From positions 12,580-76,579 of the forward strand of contig CAVBVT010000002.1 of the NCBI GenBank assembly GCA_963598855.1: a stretch of DNA of 64,000 bases. Direction: 5' to 3'. The notes beneath the pieces were generated by a model, which was not told where the DNA came from, made no database searches, and was given only the letters and a program-made list of their open reading frames with translations. The DNA comes from Eggerthellaceae bacterium. GTDB taxonomy: Bacteria; Bacillota; Clostridia; Lachnospirales; Lachnospiraceae. Position numbers and translations under genes: made by a program. Below are positions 50,949 through 60,229 of the stretch, in pieces; the stretch's first letter is position 1; every line of letters starts with the position of its first letter.

Positions 50949-52232
50949 ATGAAAAAATATTGTGAGATGAGCAGGGAAGAGTTACTCGACTTAAAGAAAG
51001 AACTCGACCGTGAGTTTGATGAGATCAAAGCGCAGGGTCTGGCACTGGATATGTCCCGTGGTAAACCGGCACCAGATCAGCTTGACCTTTCCATGAAAAT
51101 GATGGAAGTACTTGCGGGCGATGCAGATCTGAAATGTGAGACCGGAGTAGACTGCCGAAACTACGGTGTGATCGATGGTATCCCAGAAGCTAAGAGACTT
51201 CTTGGAGAGATGTCCGAAGTTGAGCCTGAGAACATCATTATCTATGGTAACTCCAGCCTGAACGTAATGTTCGACACTATCGCACGTTCCTATTCCCACG
51301 GAGTTATGGGAAATACACCATGGTGCAAGCTTGACAAGGTGAAATTCCTCTGTCCAGTACCAGGATATGACCGTCATTTTAGAATCACAGAATTTTTCGG
51401 AATTGAGATGATCAATATTCCAATGTCTCCGGAAGGCCCGGATATGGACATGGTTGAGAAATATGTAAATGAAGACCCGGCAGTAAAAGGAATCTGGTGT
51501 GTTCCGAAATACTCCAATCCGCAGGGCTACACATATTCCGAAGAGACAGTTAAGCGTTTTGCGCATCTGAAACCGGCAGCATCGGATTTCAGAATCTACT
51601 GGGATAACGCTTACAGCATCCATCATCTTTATGATGACAACCAGGACTTCCTTCTTGAGATTCTTGACGAGTGTGCGAAAGCAGGAAATCCGGACATTGT
51701 TTACAAATTTACTTCTACCTCAAAAGTAAGTTTCCCAGGTTCCGGTATTGCAGCAGTTGCAGCATCCAAGGCCAACCTGGATGACTTCCGCAAATACATG
51801 ACAGTACAGACCATCGGACACGACAAGCTGAACCAGCTCCGCCACGTTCGTTTCTTCAAGGACATCAACGGACTTCATGAACACATGAGAAAACATGCAG
51901 ACATCCTTCGTCCGAAATTCGAGATGGTTCTCGCTACACTGGACAAAGAACTTAACGGACTTGGAATCGGTGAGTGGACCAAACCGCACGGCGGATATTT
52001 CATCTCCTTTGATTCTATGGAAGGCTGCGCAAAAGCAATCGTTGCCAAAGCAAAAGAGGCAGGTGTTGTTATGACAGGTGCCGGCGCAACTTATCCATAT
52101 GGAAAGGATCCGAAAGACAGCAACATCCGTATCGCACCAAGTTTCCCAAGCATTGAGGAACTTGGCAAAGCAGCAGAGGTATTTGTTCTCTGTGTGAAAC
52201 TTGTGAGCGTGGAAAAACTTCTCGAGAAATAA
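50949..52232 (+). CDS. PLP-dependent aminotransferase, fold type I (putative aspartate aminotransferase, Rv3722c-like)
   Basis: LDMSRGKP, PVPGYDRHF, VPKYSNPQG, WDNAY, STSK, IRIAPS. Confidence 0.88.
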   Translation: MKKYCEMSREELLDLKKELDREFDEIKAQGLALDMSRGKPAPDQLDLSMKMMEVLAGDADLKCETGVDCRNYGVIDGIPEAKRLLGEMSEVEPENIIIYGNSSLNVMFDTIARSYSHGVMGNTPWCKLDKVKFLCPVPGYDRHFRITEFFGIEMINIPMSPEGPDMDMVEKYVNEDPAVKGIWCVPKYSNPQGYTYSEETVKRFAHLKPAASDFRIYWDNAYSIHHLYDDNQDFLLEILDECAKAGNPDIVYKFTSTSKVSFPGSGIAAVAASKANLDDFRKYMTVQTIGHDKLNQLRHVRFFKDINGLHEHMRKHADILRPKFEMVLATLDKELNGLGIGEWTKPHGGYFISFDSMEGCAKAIVAKAKEAGVVMTGAGATYPYGKDPKDSNIRIAPSFPSIEELGKAAEVFVLCVKLVSVEKLLEK

Positions 52233-52324
52233 TCAGTAACCAAGAAAAAGATAACATCAGACTGCCCGGTATTTCTATATATGTAATACCGGGCAGTCAT
52301 AAACTATCGGAGAGAATTGATCTT

Positions 52325-53725
52325 ATGGGTGAGGAAAAAGAAAAAATGAAAACTGGCAAAAAAGTGGTCATTGCACTGATCATTATCCTGCTGGTCCTTA
52401 CAGCAGCAGCTTACGGATATGGCGTGCACTATTTTACAGATCATTTTCTGCCAGGATCACAGGTGAACGGTTTTAACTGCTCTTACAAAACAGCAGATGA
52501 GACAGAAGAACTCCTTGCAAAAGAAGTTCAGGCCTATGTTCTTACAGTAGAGACAAGAAACAATGGGAAAGAAAGCATCACTGCAAAAGAAGCAGGCCTT
52601 GTATACAAGCCGGATAACGGCGCAGCTAAACTGATCCGGAAACAGGACCGCTATAAATGGTTCCTGGCTTTCAATCAGAAGAAAAAATATAAGCTGAACA
52701 CAGTCACAGAATATGAGGATGACAAGAAACTTACCAAAGCTGTAAAAAGTCTGAAATGTATGCAGAAGGACAACATGGAGAAACCTGAAGATGCCTGCAT
52801 CAAAGACAATGGTGAGACATACGAGATCCAGCCGGAAAAAGAAGGAACAACACTTGACACTAAGAAAGTACAGAAAGTGATCCGCGCAGCAGTTTCCGCA
52901 GGAGATACCACAGTCAATCTTGAGAAAAAAGACTGCTACAAGAAACCTTCTGTATACAAAGATGATAAAACCCTTAAGAAAGACTGCGATCAGATGAATA
53001 AGCTTACCAGCTGCGTGATCACCTATGATTTCTCTGACCGCTCCGAGCAGCTTGACCGAAATACCATCAAAGACTGGCTTACAAAAGACGAAGAAGGTAA
53101 TTATACAGTCGATAAAAACCAGGTAGCAGCCTATGTAAATAATCTTGGATACAAATATGATACTTTTGGCTGCACAAGAACTTTCACGACATACGATGGC
53201 CGTCAGAAGACAATTCAGGGCGGTGATTACGGCTGGGCTATCGACCAGACAACAGAGACAGACTGGCTTTATAATGCGATCCTTGCAGGAACTACAGAAG
53301 TAAGACAGCCCGCTTATGCTTACAGCGGACTCTGCCGTGATACCAATGATATAGGAAATACATATGTAGAGGTTGACCTGACCAACCAGAGAATGGTATT
53401 TTATAAAGATGGACAGCTTCTGGTAGACACACCAGTAGTAACCGGCTGCATTAAAAAAGGCCATGGAACACCGTCAGGCTGTTTTGCCCTGGACGCCATG
53501 CGTTCCCCGGCAGTTCTGAAAGGACCAGGATATACAGCACCCGTTACATACTGGATGCCTTTCTCCGGAGGTGTTGGAATCCACGATGCAACATGGAGAT
53601 CCAAGTTTGGAGGCCAGATCTACATCACAAACGGTTCACACGGCTGTGTAAATACACCGAAGGACCAGGCAGCAATCATTTACAATAATATTAGCGTAGG
53701 AGTACCGATAGTAGTATATGAATAA
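52325..53725 (+). CDS. L,D-transpeptidase (YkuD domain) with PG_binding_4-type stalk
   Basis: N-terminal TM; YVEVDLTNQ, VVTG, GIHDATW...GSHGCVN catalytic motif. Confidence 0.93.
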   Translation: MGEEKEKMKTGKKVVIALIIILLVLTAAAYGYGVHYFTDHFLPGSQVNGFNCSYKTADETEELLAKEVQAYVLTVETRNNGKESITAKEAGLVYKPDNGAAKLIRKQDRYKWFLAFNQKKKYKLNTVTEYEDDKKLTKAVKSLKCMQKDNMEKPEDACIKDNGETYEIQPEKEGTTLDTKKVQKVIRAAVSAGDTTVNLEKKDCYKKPSVYKDDKTLKKDCDQMNKLTSCVITYDFSDRSEQLDRNTIKDWLTKDEEGNYTVDKNQVAAYVNNLGYKYDTFGCTRTFTTYDGRQKTIQGGDYGWAIDQTTETDWLYNAILAGTTEVRQPAYAYSGLCRDTNDIGNTYVEVDLTNQRMVFYKDGQLLVDTPVVTGCIKKGHGTPSGCFALDAMRSPAVLKGPGYTAPVTYWMPFSGGVGIHDATWRSKFGGQIYITNGSHGCVNTPKDQAAIIYNNISVGVPIVVYE

Positions 53726-53792
53726 GAGATTAAAAGAAATATTAAAAGAATACGAAGAAAGAAAACATAAAATTTTCAAGGGAGATGAAAAA

Positions 53793-54833
53793 ATGAATAT
53801 CGTTGTATTGGCAGGCGGAACCAGTACAGAGAGAGAGATCTCCATCGTGACAGGAACCGGTGTCTGCAAAGCACTTCGCCAGAAAGGCCACAATGCGATC
53901 CTGGTAGATATTTTCTGCGGACTGGAGCCTGTAGACTGGGATGAGCCGTTCGGAAATAAAGATTATGAAGTAGATTCTGCAGCAGAATATATGAGAAGCT
54001 TTGACGATGATATCGAGAACATCAAGCGCACAAGAAGAAGCTTTTTCGGACCGAATGTACTGGAGCTTTGCCAGGCTGCTGATATTGTATTCATGGGACT
54101 TCACGGTTCCAACGGAGAAGATGGAAAAGTTCAGGCAACTTTTGACCTTCTTGGAATCCGCTACACAGGAACCGGCTACTTAAGCAGTGCACTTGCCATG
54201 GATAAAGGTCTAACCAAGAAGATATTCCTTATGGATGAGGTACCTACACCGAAGGGTGTTTCCATGCTGAAAGAGAACTGCACAAGAGACATCCATGATC
54301 TTGGAATGGAGTTCCCTGTTGTTGTAAAAACATGCTGCGGCGGTTCCAGCGTAGGCGTTTATATCGTAAACGACCAGAAAGAATATGAGGATGCCATTGA
54401 TGGTGCCTATTCTTATGAGGATGAAGTAGTAGTTGAGGAATATATTAAAGGCCGTGAGTTTTCCGTTGCAGTTGTAGACGGCAAAGCTTATCCGATCATC
54501 GAGATCGCACCGAAGCAGGGATTCTATGACTACAAGAATAAATATCAGGCAGGTTCCACAGTAGAGACCTGTCCTGCTGAGATTTCACCGGAACTTACTG
54601 AGAAGATGCAGCACTATGCAGAAGCTGGCGCAAAAGCTCTCTGCATCGAAGGCTACGCACGTTTTGACTTCATGATGAAGGAGAACGGCGACATGTACTG
54701 TCTGGAGGCCAATACACTTCCGGGAATGACACCAACCAGCCTGATCCCGCAGGAAGCAAAAGTCCTGGGAATCGACTATCCGGATCTCTGCGAAGAACTG
54801 ATCCGCATTTCTCTCAAGAAATATAATAAATAA
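53793..54833 (+). CDS. ddl: D-alanine--D-alanine ligase
   Basis: LAGGTSTEREIS, HGSNGEDG, GSSVG, FYDYKNKY, LEANTLPGMT. Confidence 0.95.
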   Translation: MNIVVLAGGTSTEREISIVTGTGVCKALRQKGHNAILVDIFCGLEPVDWDEPFGNKDYEVDSAAEYMRSFDDDIENIKRTRRSFFGPNVLELCQAADIVFMGLHGSNGEDGKVQATFDLLGIRYTGTGYLSSALAMDKGLTKKIFLMDEVPTPKGVSMLKENCTRDIHDLGMEFPVVVKTCCGGSSVGVYIVNDQKEYEDAIDGAYSYEDEVVVEEYIKGREFSVAVVDGKAYPIIEIAPKQGFYDYKNKYQAGSTVETCPAEISPELTEKMQHYAEAGAKALCIEGYARFDFMMKENGDMYCLEANTLPGMTPTSLIPQEAKVLGIDYPDLCEELIRISLKKYNK

Positions 54834-54839
54834 GAACTG

Positions 54840-55006
54840 ACAGACTCCTCCCACAGACTTATATCATTTCAGAAAATTATTACAAAAGACAAAGATAATC
54901 TCTGTTCAGAGAAAATATTCCCGAGATGCTTTTTGCGGGCAAAGGTCACAGAGTAAACAGCACCACAGATTTTCAGAAATGAGCCAGATCAGCGGGAGGA
55001 GTTTGT
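54840..55006. repeat. Nested long inverted repeat between ddl and murF containing a degenerate family-A repeat
   Basis: ACAGACTCCTCCC/GGGAGGAGTTTGT and TCATTTCAGAAAAT/ATTTTCAGAAATGA. Confidence 0.6.
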
Positions 55007-55027
55007 GGTAAAGAAAGGATTTTATCT

Positions 55028-56413
55028 ATGAAAAATCTTACATTGGAGAATATCACAAAAGTCTGCGGCGGCACTTACCACGGACCACAGGACAAACTTC
55101 AGGAAGAAGTGACAGCGATCACAACAGACAGCCGCAAAGTAGAAAAAGGCGGTCTTTTTGTGCCGGTTGTAGGAGAGCGCGTGGATGCACATCGTTTTAT
55201 CCCGCAGGTAATGGAAGCAGGCGCACTTGCAACGTTATCCGAGCGTGTTCTTGAGGGAGCAGATCATCCGTATATTCAGGTGGAATCTTCCCTCCAGGCA
55301 GTGAAAGATATTGCAGAATTTTATCTGGAGCAGCTGAACATCCCGGTAGTAGGAATCACAGGAAGCGTTGGAAAAACCAGCACAAAAGAAGTGATCGCTT
55401 CCGTATTGAAAGAGAAATACCGCACTCTCAAAACTCAGGGCAATTTCAACAATGAGCTGGGACTTCCGCTGACTGTATTCCGTCTTCGCGATGAAGATGA
55501 GATCGCGGTTCTGGAAATGGGAATCAGCGACTTCGGTGAGATGACCCGCCTTGCAAAGATCGCCAAACCGGATATCTGCGTGATCACAAACATCGGAACC
55601 TGCCATCTGGAGAATCTGGGAAACAGAGACGGTGTTCTCAAGGCTAAGACCGAGATCTTCCAGTATGTGAAAAAGAATATCGTACTTAATGGCGACGACG
55701 ATAAACTCTCCACTGTAAAAGATTACAACGGAATCAAACCTGTATTTTTCGGAACAGGAGACAACTGTGCTGTTACCTGTGAAAACGTAGAGAGCTGCGG
55801 TCTGAAAGGAATGAGCTGTGATATCTGCATCAGAGGCGAGCTGGCAGAAGGCGGAGAAGAGCGTTTCCATGTGGACATTCCGATGCCTGGCCGCCATATG
55901 GTATCCAATGCACTGGCAGCTGCAGCCATTGGTAAACTTTATGGTCTTACAGCCCAAGAGATCAAACAGGGAATCGAGAGCCTGGAGCCGGTAAGCGGCC
56001 GTTTCAACATGATCGAGACAGAGAAATTTATGATCGTAGATGACTGCTACAATGCAAACCCGATGTCCATGAAAGCATCTCTTGATGTTCTTCAGGATGG
56101 ACTTGGCAGAAGAGTAGCGATCCTGGGAGATATGGGTGAACTTGGAGCAGATGAAGTTGCACTTCATGAAGGCGTAGGCGTTCACGCCGGACATTGCAAG
56201 ATTGATGCCTGCATCTGCGTAGGCCCGCTTGCAGCCCATATTGCAGAAAAAGCTGGCCAGACCAATCCGGACTTAACTGTGATCCAGGAGAAAGACCTGG
56301 AAAGCCTTCTTTCCAACTTAAACACCTATGTAAAACAGGGAGACACCATCCTTGTAAAAGCATCTCATTTCATGAAATTTGAAAATGTAGTCAAAGCACT
56401 GCAGGAAATGTAA
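55028..56413 (+). CDS. murF: UDP-N-acetylmuramoyl-tripeptide--D-Ala-D-Ala ligase
   Basis: GITGSVGKTSTKE, NFNNELGLP, DCYNANPMSM, LGDMGELG, LVKASH. Confidence 0.96.
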   Translation: MKNLTLENITKVCGGTYHGPQDKLQEEVTAITTDSRKVEKGGLFVPVVGERVDAHRFIPQVMEAGALATLSERVLEGADHPYIQVESSLQAVKDIAEFYLEQLNIPVVGITGSVGKTSTKEVIASVLKEKYRTLKTQGNFNNELGLPLTVFRLRDEDEIAVLEMGISDFGEMTRLAKIAKPDICVITNIGTCHLENLGNRDGVLKAKTEIFQYVKKNIVLNGDDDKLSTVKDYNGIKPVFFGTGDNCAVTCENVESCGLKGMSCDICIRGELAEGGEERFHVDIPMPGRHMVSNALAAAAIGKLYGLTAQEIKQGIESLEPVSGRFNMIETEKFMIVDDCYNANPMSMKASLDVLQDGLGRRVAILGDMGELGADEVALHEGVGVHAGHCKIDACICVGPLAAHIAEKAGQTNPDLTVIQEKDLESLLSNLNTYVKQGDTILVKASHFMKFENVVKALQEM

Positions 56414-56601
56414 AAAGACAGGGAACAGGGCGAGGATTTGACGAACGAAAATTGTTTCCAGTTAAGCGATATAGAAGTATAATATTCCTAAACAATGAGC
56501 AGTGTGAATGAGCAGTCATGGAGTGGATGCCTGGAATGGCATAGAACAAACAGAATGACACTTAAGCACTGTGGAGCAGTATATGGAAACGGGAGGGTAT
56601 T

Positions 56602-57201
56602 ATGCTGGAGACGATCATGCGGTTGGATATCCCGCTTTACGTCATGACATCCATGGGGTGCATCGGCGGAATTGGGATGCTGGCAACGAACCTTACCTAC
56701 AGAAGAATGATCCGAAATACGCAGAGATTACAGAACCTGAAAGAAAAATGGCTGAACATGTGGAAATCAAGAGACCGGCTTCTTCACAGAATGAACCGTT
56801 TTGTGTGGTATCCGTCCCTGGTCAGCACCTTCCTTCTGGTTCTGTCTGTTTTTCTGAACAACAGACTTGGACATGCAGAGGGATTGCCCATGCTTTATCT
56901 TTACATTGGCGCAGCTGTGCCATCAGTTCTCCTGCTTCTGAGACAGGCACTGGATTTTTCCTACAAAGAAGAGCTGGTGATGGCATCCCTGGCAGACTAT
57001 GTGGAACAGGTCCGCACCTGGGTAGAAGAAGTACCGGTCCCGCAGAAGAATGATCCTGTTTTGCAGGAAGAGATTGTGGATAAGATCACAAGGAGCATCC
57101 GTCAGACAGCAGCAACAGGAAGCCACTTCAGCAAGATGCTTTCACCTGAGGAGGAAGAGATCATGCGGGAGATCATACGGGAATTTATGAACGCGGAGTG
57201 A
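56602..57201 (+). CDS. Hypothetical membrane protein
   Basis: GGGAGG RBS, about three hydrophobic segments, downstream terminator. Confidence 0.75.
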   Translation: MLETIMRLDIPLYVMTSMGCIGGIGMLATNLTYRRMIRNTQRLQNLKEKWLNMWKSRDRLLHRMNRFVWYPSLVSTFLLVLSVFLNNRLGHAEGLPMLYLYIGAAVPSVLLLLRQALDFSYKEELVMASLADYVEQVRTWVEEVPVPQKNDPVLQEEIVDKITRSIRQTAATGSHFSKMLSPEEEEIMREIIREFMNAE

Positions 57202-57205
57202 GCAT

Positions 57206-57255
57206 AAAAAACTCTCCGGCAGATACAATTCTTTGTATTCCACCGGAGAGTTTTT
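57206..57255. terminator. Bidirectional terminator
   Basis: AAAAACTCTCCGG / CCGGAGAGTTTTT. Confidence 0.8.
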
Positions 57256-57307
57256 AGTGTATATAATTGTGTAAGATAAGGAATTTATCAATTTATCAGT
57301 TACACCA

Positions 57308-58576
57308 TCAACCCATGGAGATCGGGCCGCCGCGAAGTTTTCCGGCAGTGGTGATCCTCTTGATCGCAACCATATAAGCTGCCATACGAAGAGTAACATT
57401 TTTCTCCTGGCTCAGTGCGTAAACTTCATTAAATGCAGTAAGCATGATCTTCTGAAGCATCTTGTTTACTTCATCAAGATCCCAGGTAAGGTTCTGGATA
57501 TTCTGAACCCACTCAAAGTAGGAAACAACAACACCGCCAGCATTGGAAAGGATATCCGGGCACACGATGATTCCTCGGGAATTCAGGATCTCGTCAGCTT
57601 CAACAGAAGTCGGTCCGTTGGCAGCTTCGATGATCAGCTTCGCCTGGATGCGTCCGGCGTTATCTTCTGTGATCTGATTCTCAAGGGCAGCCGGGATCAG
57701 GACATCACATTTGCAGGTGATAAGGCCGTCATTGGTAACGTGCTGGACGCCGTCCTGCTCATATTTATCGAGAGTATTTCCCTCAGAAATAAACTTGCGG
57801 ATAGCCGGAATATCAAGTCCGTCTTCACAGTAAAGTCCGCCCGTGTAATCGCTGACAGCAACCACTTTCTGACCATTCTTATAAAAGATCTCAGCAGCAG
57901 TTCCGCCAACATTTCCCATACCCTGAACAGCAATAGCAGCATGTGCAGGATCGATATTATTCTTTTCCATACACTGATAAGCGATGATGGTAACTCCGCG
58001 TCCGGTAGCCTCTACACGGCCGACAGAACCACCGATCTCGATCGGTTTACCGGTAACAACACCTGGAACAGTATGGCCTGTGAACATGCTGTAAGTATCC
58101 ATGATCCATGCCATAACCTCACCGTTTGTATTAACATCCGGAGCAGGGATATCTTTATCCGGTCCGATGATCGGAAGGATACGGGTAGTATAACGACGGG
58201 TCAGGCGGATCAGCTCAGCTCTGGAAAGCTTGGACGGATCGACCTTGATGCCTCCTTTGGCACCGCCGTAAGGAATATTTACAACTGCACATTTAAAGGA
58301 CATCCATGCAGCAAGAGCCTTAACCTCGTCCATATCGGAATTCTGATGGTAACGGATACCGCCTTTGCACGGTCCGCGTGCGCTGGAATGCTGAACGCGA
58401 TATCCCTCGAATACCTTGATGGAACCGTCGTCCATACGGATCGGGATAGAAACTTTAAGCTCACGTTCCGGGTAGCAAAGTGTTGCGTAATCTTCATAAC
58501 TGAGACCAAGTGCCTCTGCAGACTGTTTCAGTACAGAGAGCATATTGTCATATGGATTATACTTTTTTTCTGCCAT
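57308..58576 (-). CDS. gdh: Glutamate dehydrogenase (Glu/Leu/Phe/Val family, GudB/GluD-like)
   Basis: RGPCKGGIRYH, PYGGAKGG, DIPAPDVNT, QGMGNVG, NAGGVVVSYFEWVQN. Confidence 0.93.
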   Translation of the reverse strand: MAEKKYNPYDNMLSVLKQSAEALGLSYEDYATLCYPERELKVSIPIRMDDGSIKVFEGYRVQHSSARGPCKGGIRYHQNSDMDEVKALAAWMSFKCAVVNIPYGGAKGGIKVDPSKLSRAELIRLTRRYTTRILPIIGPDKDIPAPDVNTNGEVMAWIMDTYSMFTGHTVPGVVTGKPIEIGGSVGRVEATGRGVTIIAYQCMEKNNIDPAHAAIAVQGMGNVGGTAAEIFYKNGQKVVAVSDYTGGLYCEDGLDIPAIRKFISEGNTLDKYEQDGVQHVTNDGLITCKCDVLIPAALENQITEDNAGRIQAKLIIEAANGPTSVEADEILNSRGIIVCPDILSNAGGVVVSYFEWVQNIQNLTWDLDEVNKMLQKIMLTAFNEVYALSQEKNVTLRMAAYMVAIKRITTAGKLRGGPISMG

Positions 58577-58804
58577 TGTTACCGCTCCTTTGAAAACAAA
58601 TATTTTTTATTGATTGAGTAAGAATAATATTATTCATCTGATGGACTGAGTATAACACAATGGATATGAATAGTAAATAATTTTATTCACTAAAACATAT
58701 ACAAAAATATTTATATCTTTTTGGGCGTTTTTACATAACCATATGTTAAAATAAAAACAGTGTGTAACAGAACGAAACAAAGTATGAGATCAGGAGGATA
58801 TTTC

Positions 58805-59668
58805 ATGGAGAATCAGTTACAGAAGCTGATCATTTCAGCACAGCTGACACCAAAGGAAAAAGAAGTTGCAGACTACGTTCTTGAAAATCTGCAGAAATGC
58901 TGTTTTATGACATCAACAGAACTGGCAGGGGCGCTGAATGTAAGTTATTCCTCTGTGATCCGGCTTACCAAAACTCTTGGCTTTACCGGATATCCGGATT
59001 TTCAGAATTTTCTGCGGGAAATTTATGCAGAGCAGTCCAGAGATGTGGATACAGGGATCCTCATCCCGGCAGAACGAATCGAAGCCATTAAGAAGAAAGA
59101 GCATAAAGCGACCGTACAGGATACCGTGTGCGCCTATACCCTGAGCAATATCAGAAGTACCATTGCAAGCAATACAGAAGAACAGTACAAGAGGGCAAGC
59201 AGTATCCTGATCAACAGTGATGTGAAATATATTTTTTCCTCAAGGGGATCTACCTGTGTGGGAGAATTTCTGAATACGATCCTCAGACAGACCCTTCCTC
59301 ATGTGTACAATTACGGAAGCCACGGTCAGAACATGTTCGATTTTGCAAGCGACCTGAAGAAAGGAGATGCAGCAGTTTTTATCACGTATTCCAGATATTC
59401 AAGACTGATGTATCTCACTGCGGAGATGGTACATAAACAGGGAGCTTCCATTATCCTTCTGACAGATAAACCTACCTGCGAGGCCGCCAAGTTCGCTGAT
59501 GTAGTCCTGACCGCCAGAGGCGACAGCAGTGAATTCTATAATTCCTATGTAGCAGGAATGTTCGCAGCGGAGATGCTTTGCGCATATATCTGCAGAGAAA
59601 CAAACTACTCCAACCAGGAACTGTTGGAAAGAATCGATGAATATACTTCCCAGATTGGGAACTTCTGA
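58805..59668 (+). CDS. MurR/RpiR family transcriptional regulator
   Basis: LTPKEKEVADYV...VSYSSVIRL.K.LGF.GY HTH plus SIS domain (ITYSRYS, LLTD). Confidence 0.92.
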   Translation: MENQLQKLIISAQLTPKEKEVADYVLENLQKCCFMTSTELAGALNVSYSSVIRLTKTLGFTGYPDFQNFLREIYAEQSRDVDTGILIPAERIEAIKKKEHKATVQDTVCAYTLSNIRSTIASNTEEQYKRASSILINSDVKYIFSSRGSTCVGEFLNTILRQTLPHVYNYGSHGQNMFDFASDLKKGDAAVFITYSRYSRLMYLTAEMVHKQGASIILLTDKPTCEAAKFADVVLTARGDSSEFYNSYVAGMFAAEMLCAYICRETNYSNQELLERIDEYTSQIGNF

Positions 59669-59739
59669 TTTATTTCCATAAGAAAAACAGGGAGAGCTGA
59701 TGCAATATATATCAGCTCTCCCCGTCAATTTCCGGTATC

Positions 59740-60006
59740 CTAATCCTCCTCGATCACCTGGATCTCCAGATAATCAAACTCGATCTGTTCAATAAAATTA
59801 TCCTGATAAAAACGTGCCTTATCATGCTTCTTAAAGTCCTTCACAGTAGAATCCAGCCAGATCGGATTCCCCAGATCCATCTGATAACAGATCTCCTCAA
59901 GCCCATGAAAAATTTTATGCGTCCTTGTATCATCACTGTCATCGCAGACTACCGTATCCTGAAGCATATGATTATCTTTCCATATTTTTCCCCATAAACG
60001 AAACAT
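59740..60006 (-). CDS. Small hypothetical protein
   Basis: 88-aa ORF with GGAGG RBS, ending FDYLEIQVIEED. Confidence 0.8.
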   Translation of the reverse strand: MFRLWGKIWKDNHMLQDTVVCDDSDDTRTHKIFHGLEEICYQMDLGNPIWLDSTVKDFKKHDKARFYQDNFIEQIEFDYLEIQVIEED

Positions 60007-60229
60007 AAGTAATGACCTCCATATCTGAACCGACGCAGCATTTCATGCCCGTCTGACTTTTCTGAATTGCTGTAAGTGAACTTCAGTATAGCGGATTTTG
60101 GAACGAAAGTAAAGTTGTACACAAAACAGTGCACCGTCCCGTCCCACTTTTATTGACTAATGTGTAAAAATCCTCTATAATAAACGAAATTGTGAAAAAA
60201 AGAATCATTAGTAGATTGGAGGAACTGAA

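Noticed and set aside
53793..54833. Possible van-type ligase
   Set aside because: The omega loop reads FYDYKNKY (Tyr, D-Ala-D-Ala type), it lies next to murF, and no vanH/X/R/S genes are present
56494..56516. Direct repeat AATGAGCAGT x2 upstream of the membrane protein gene
   Set aside because: Only two 10-mers and no supporting regulator or promoter context
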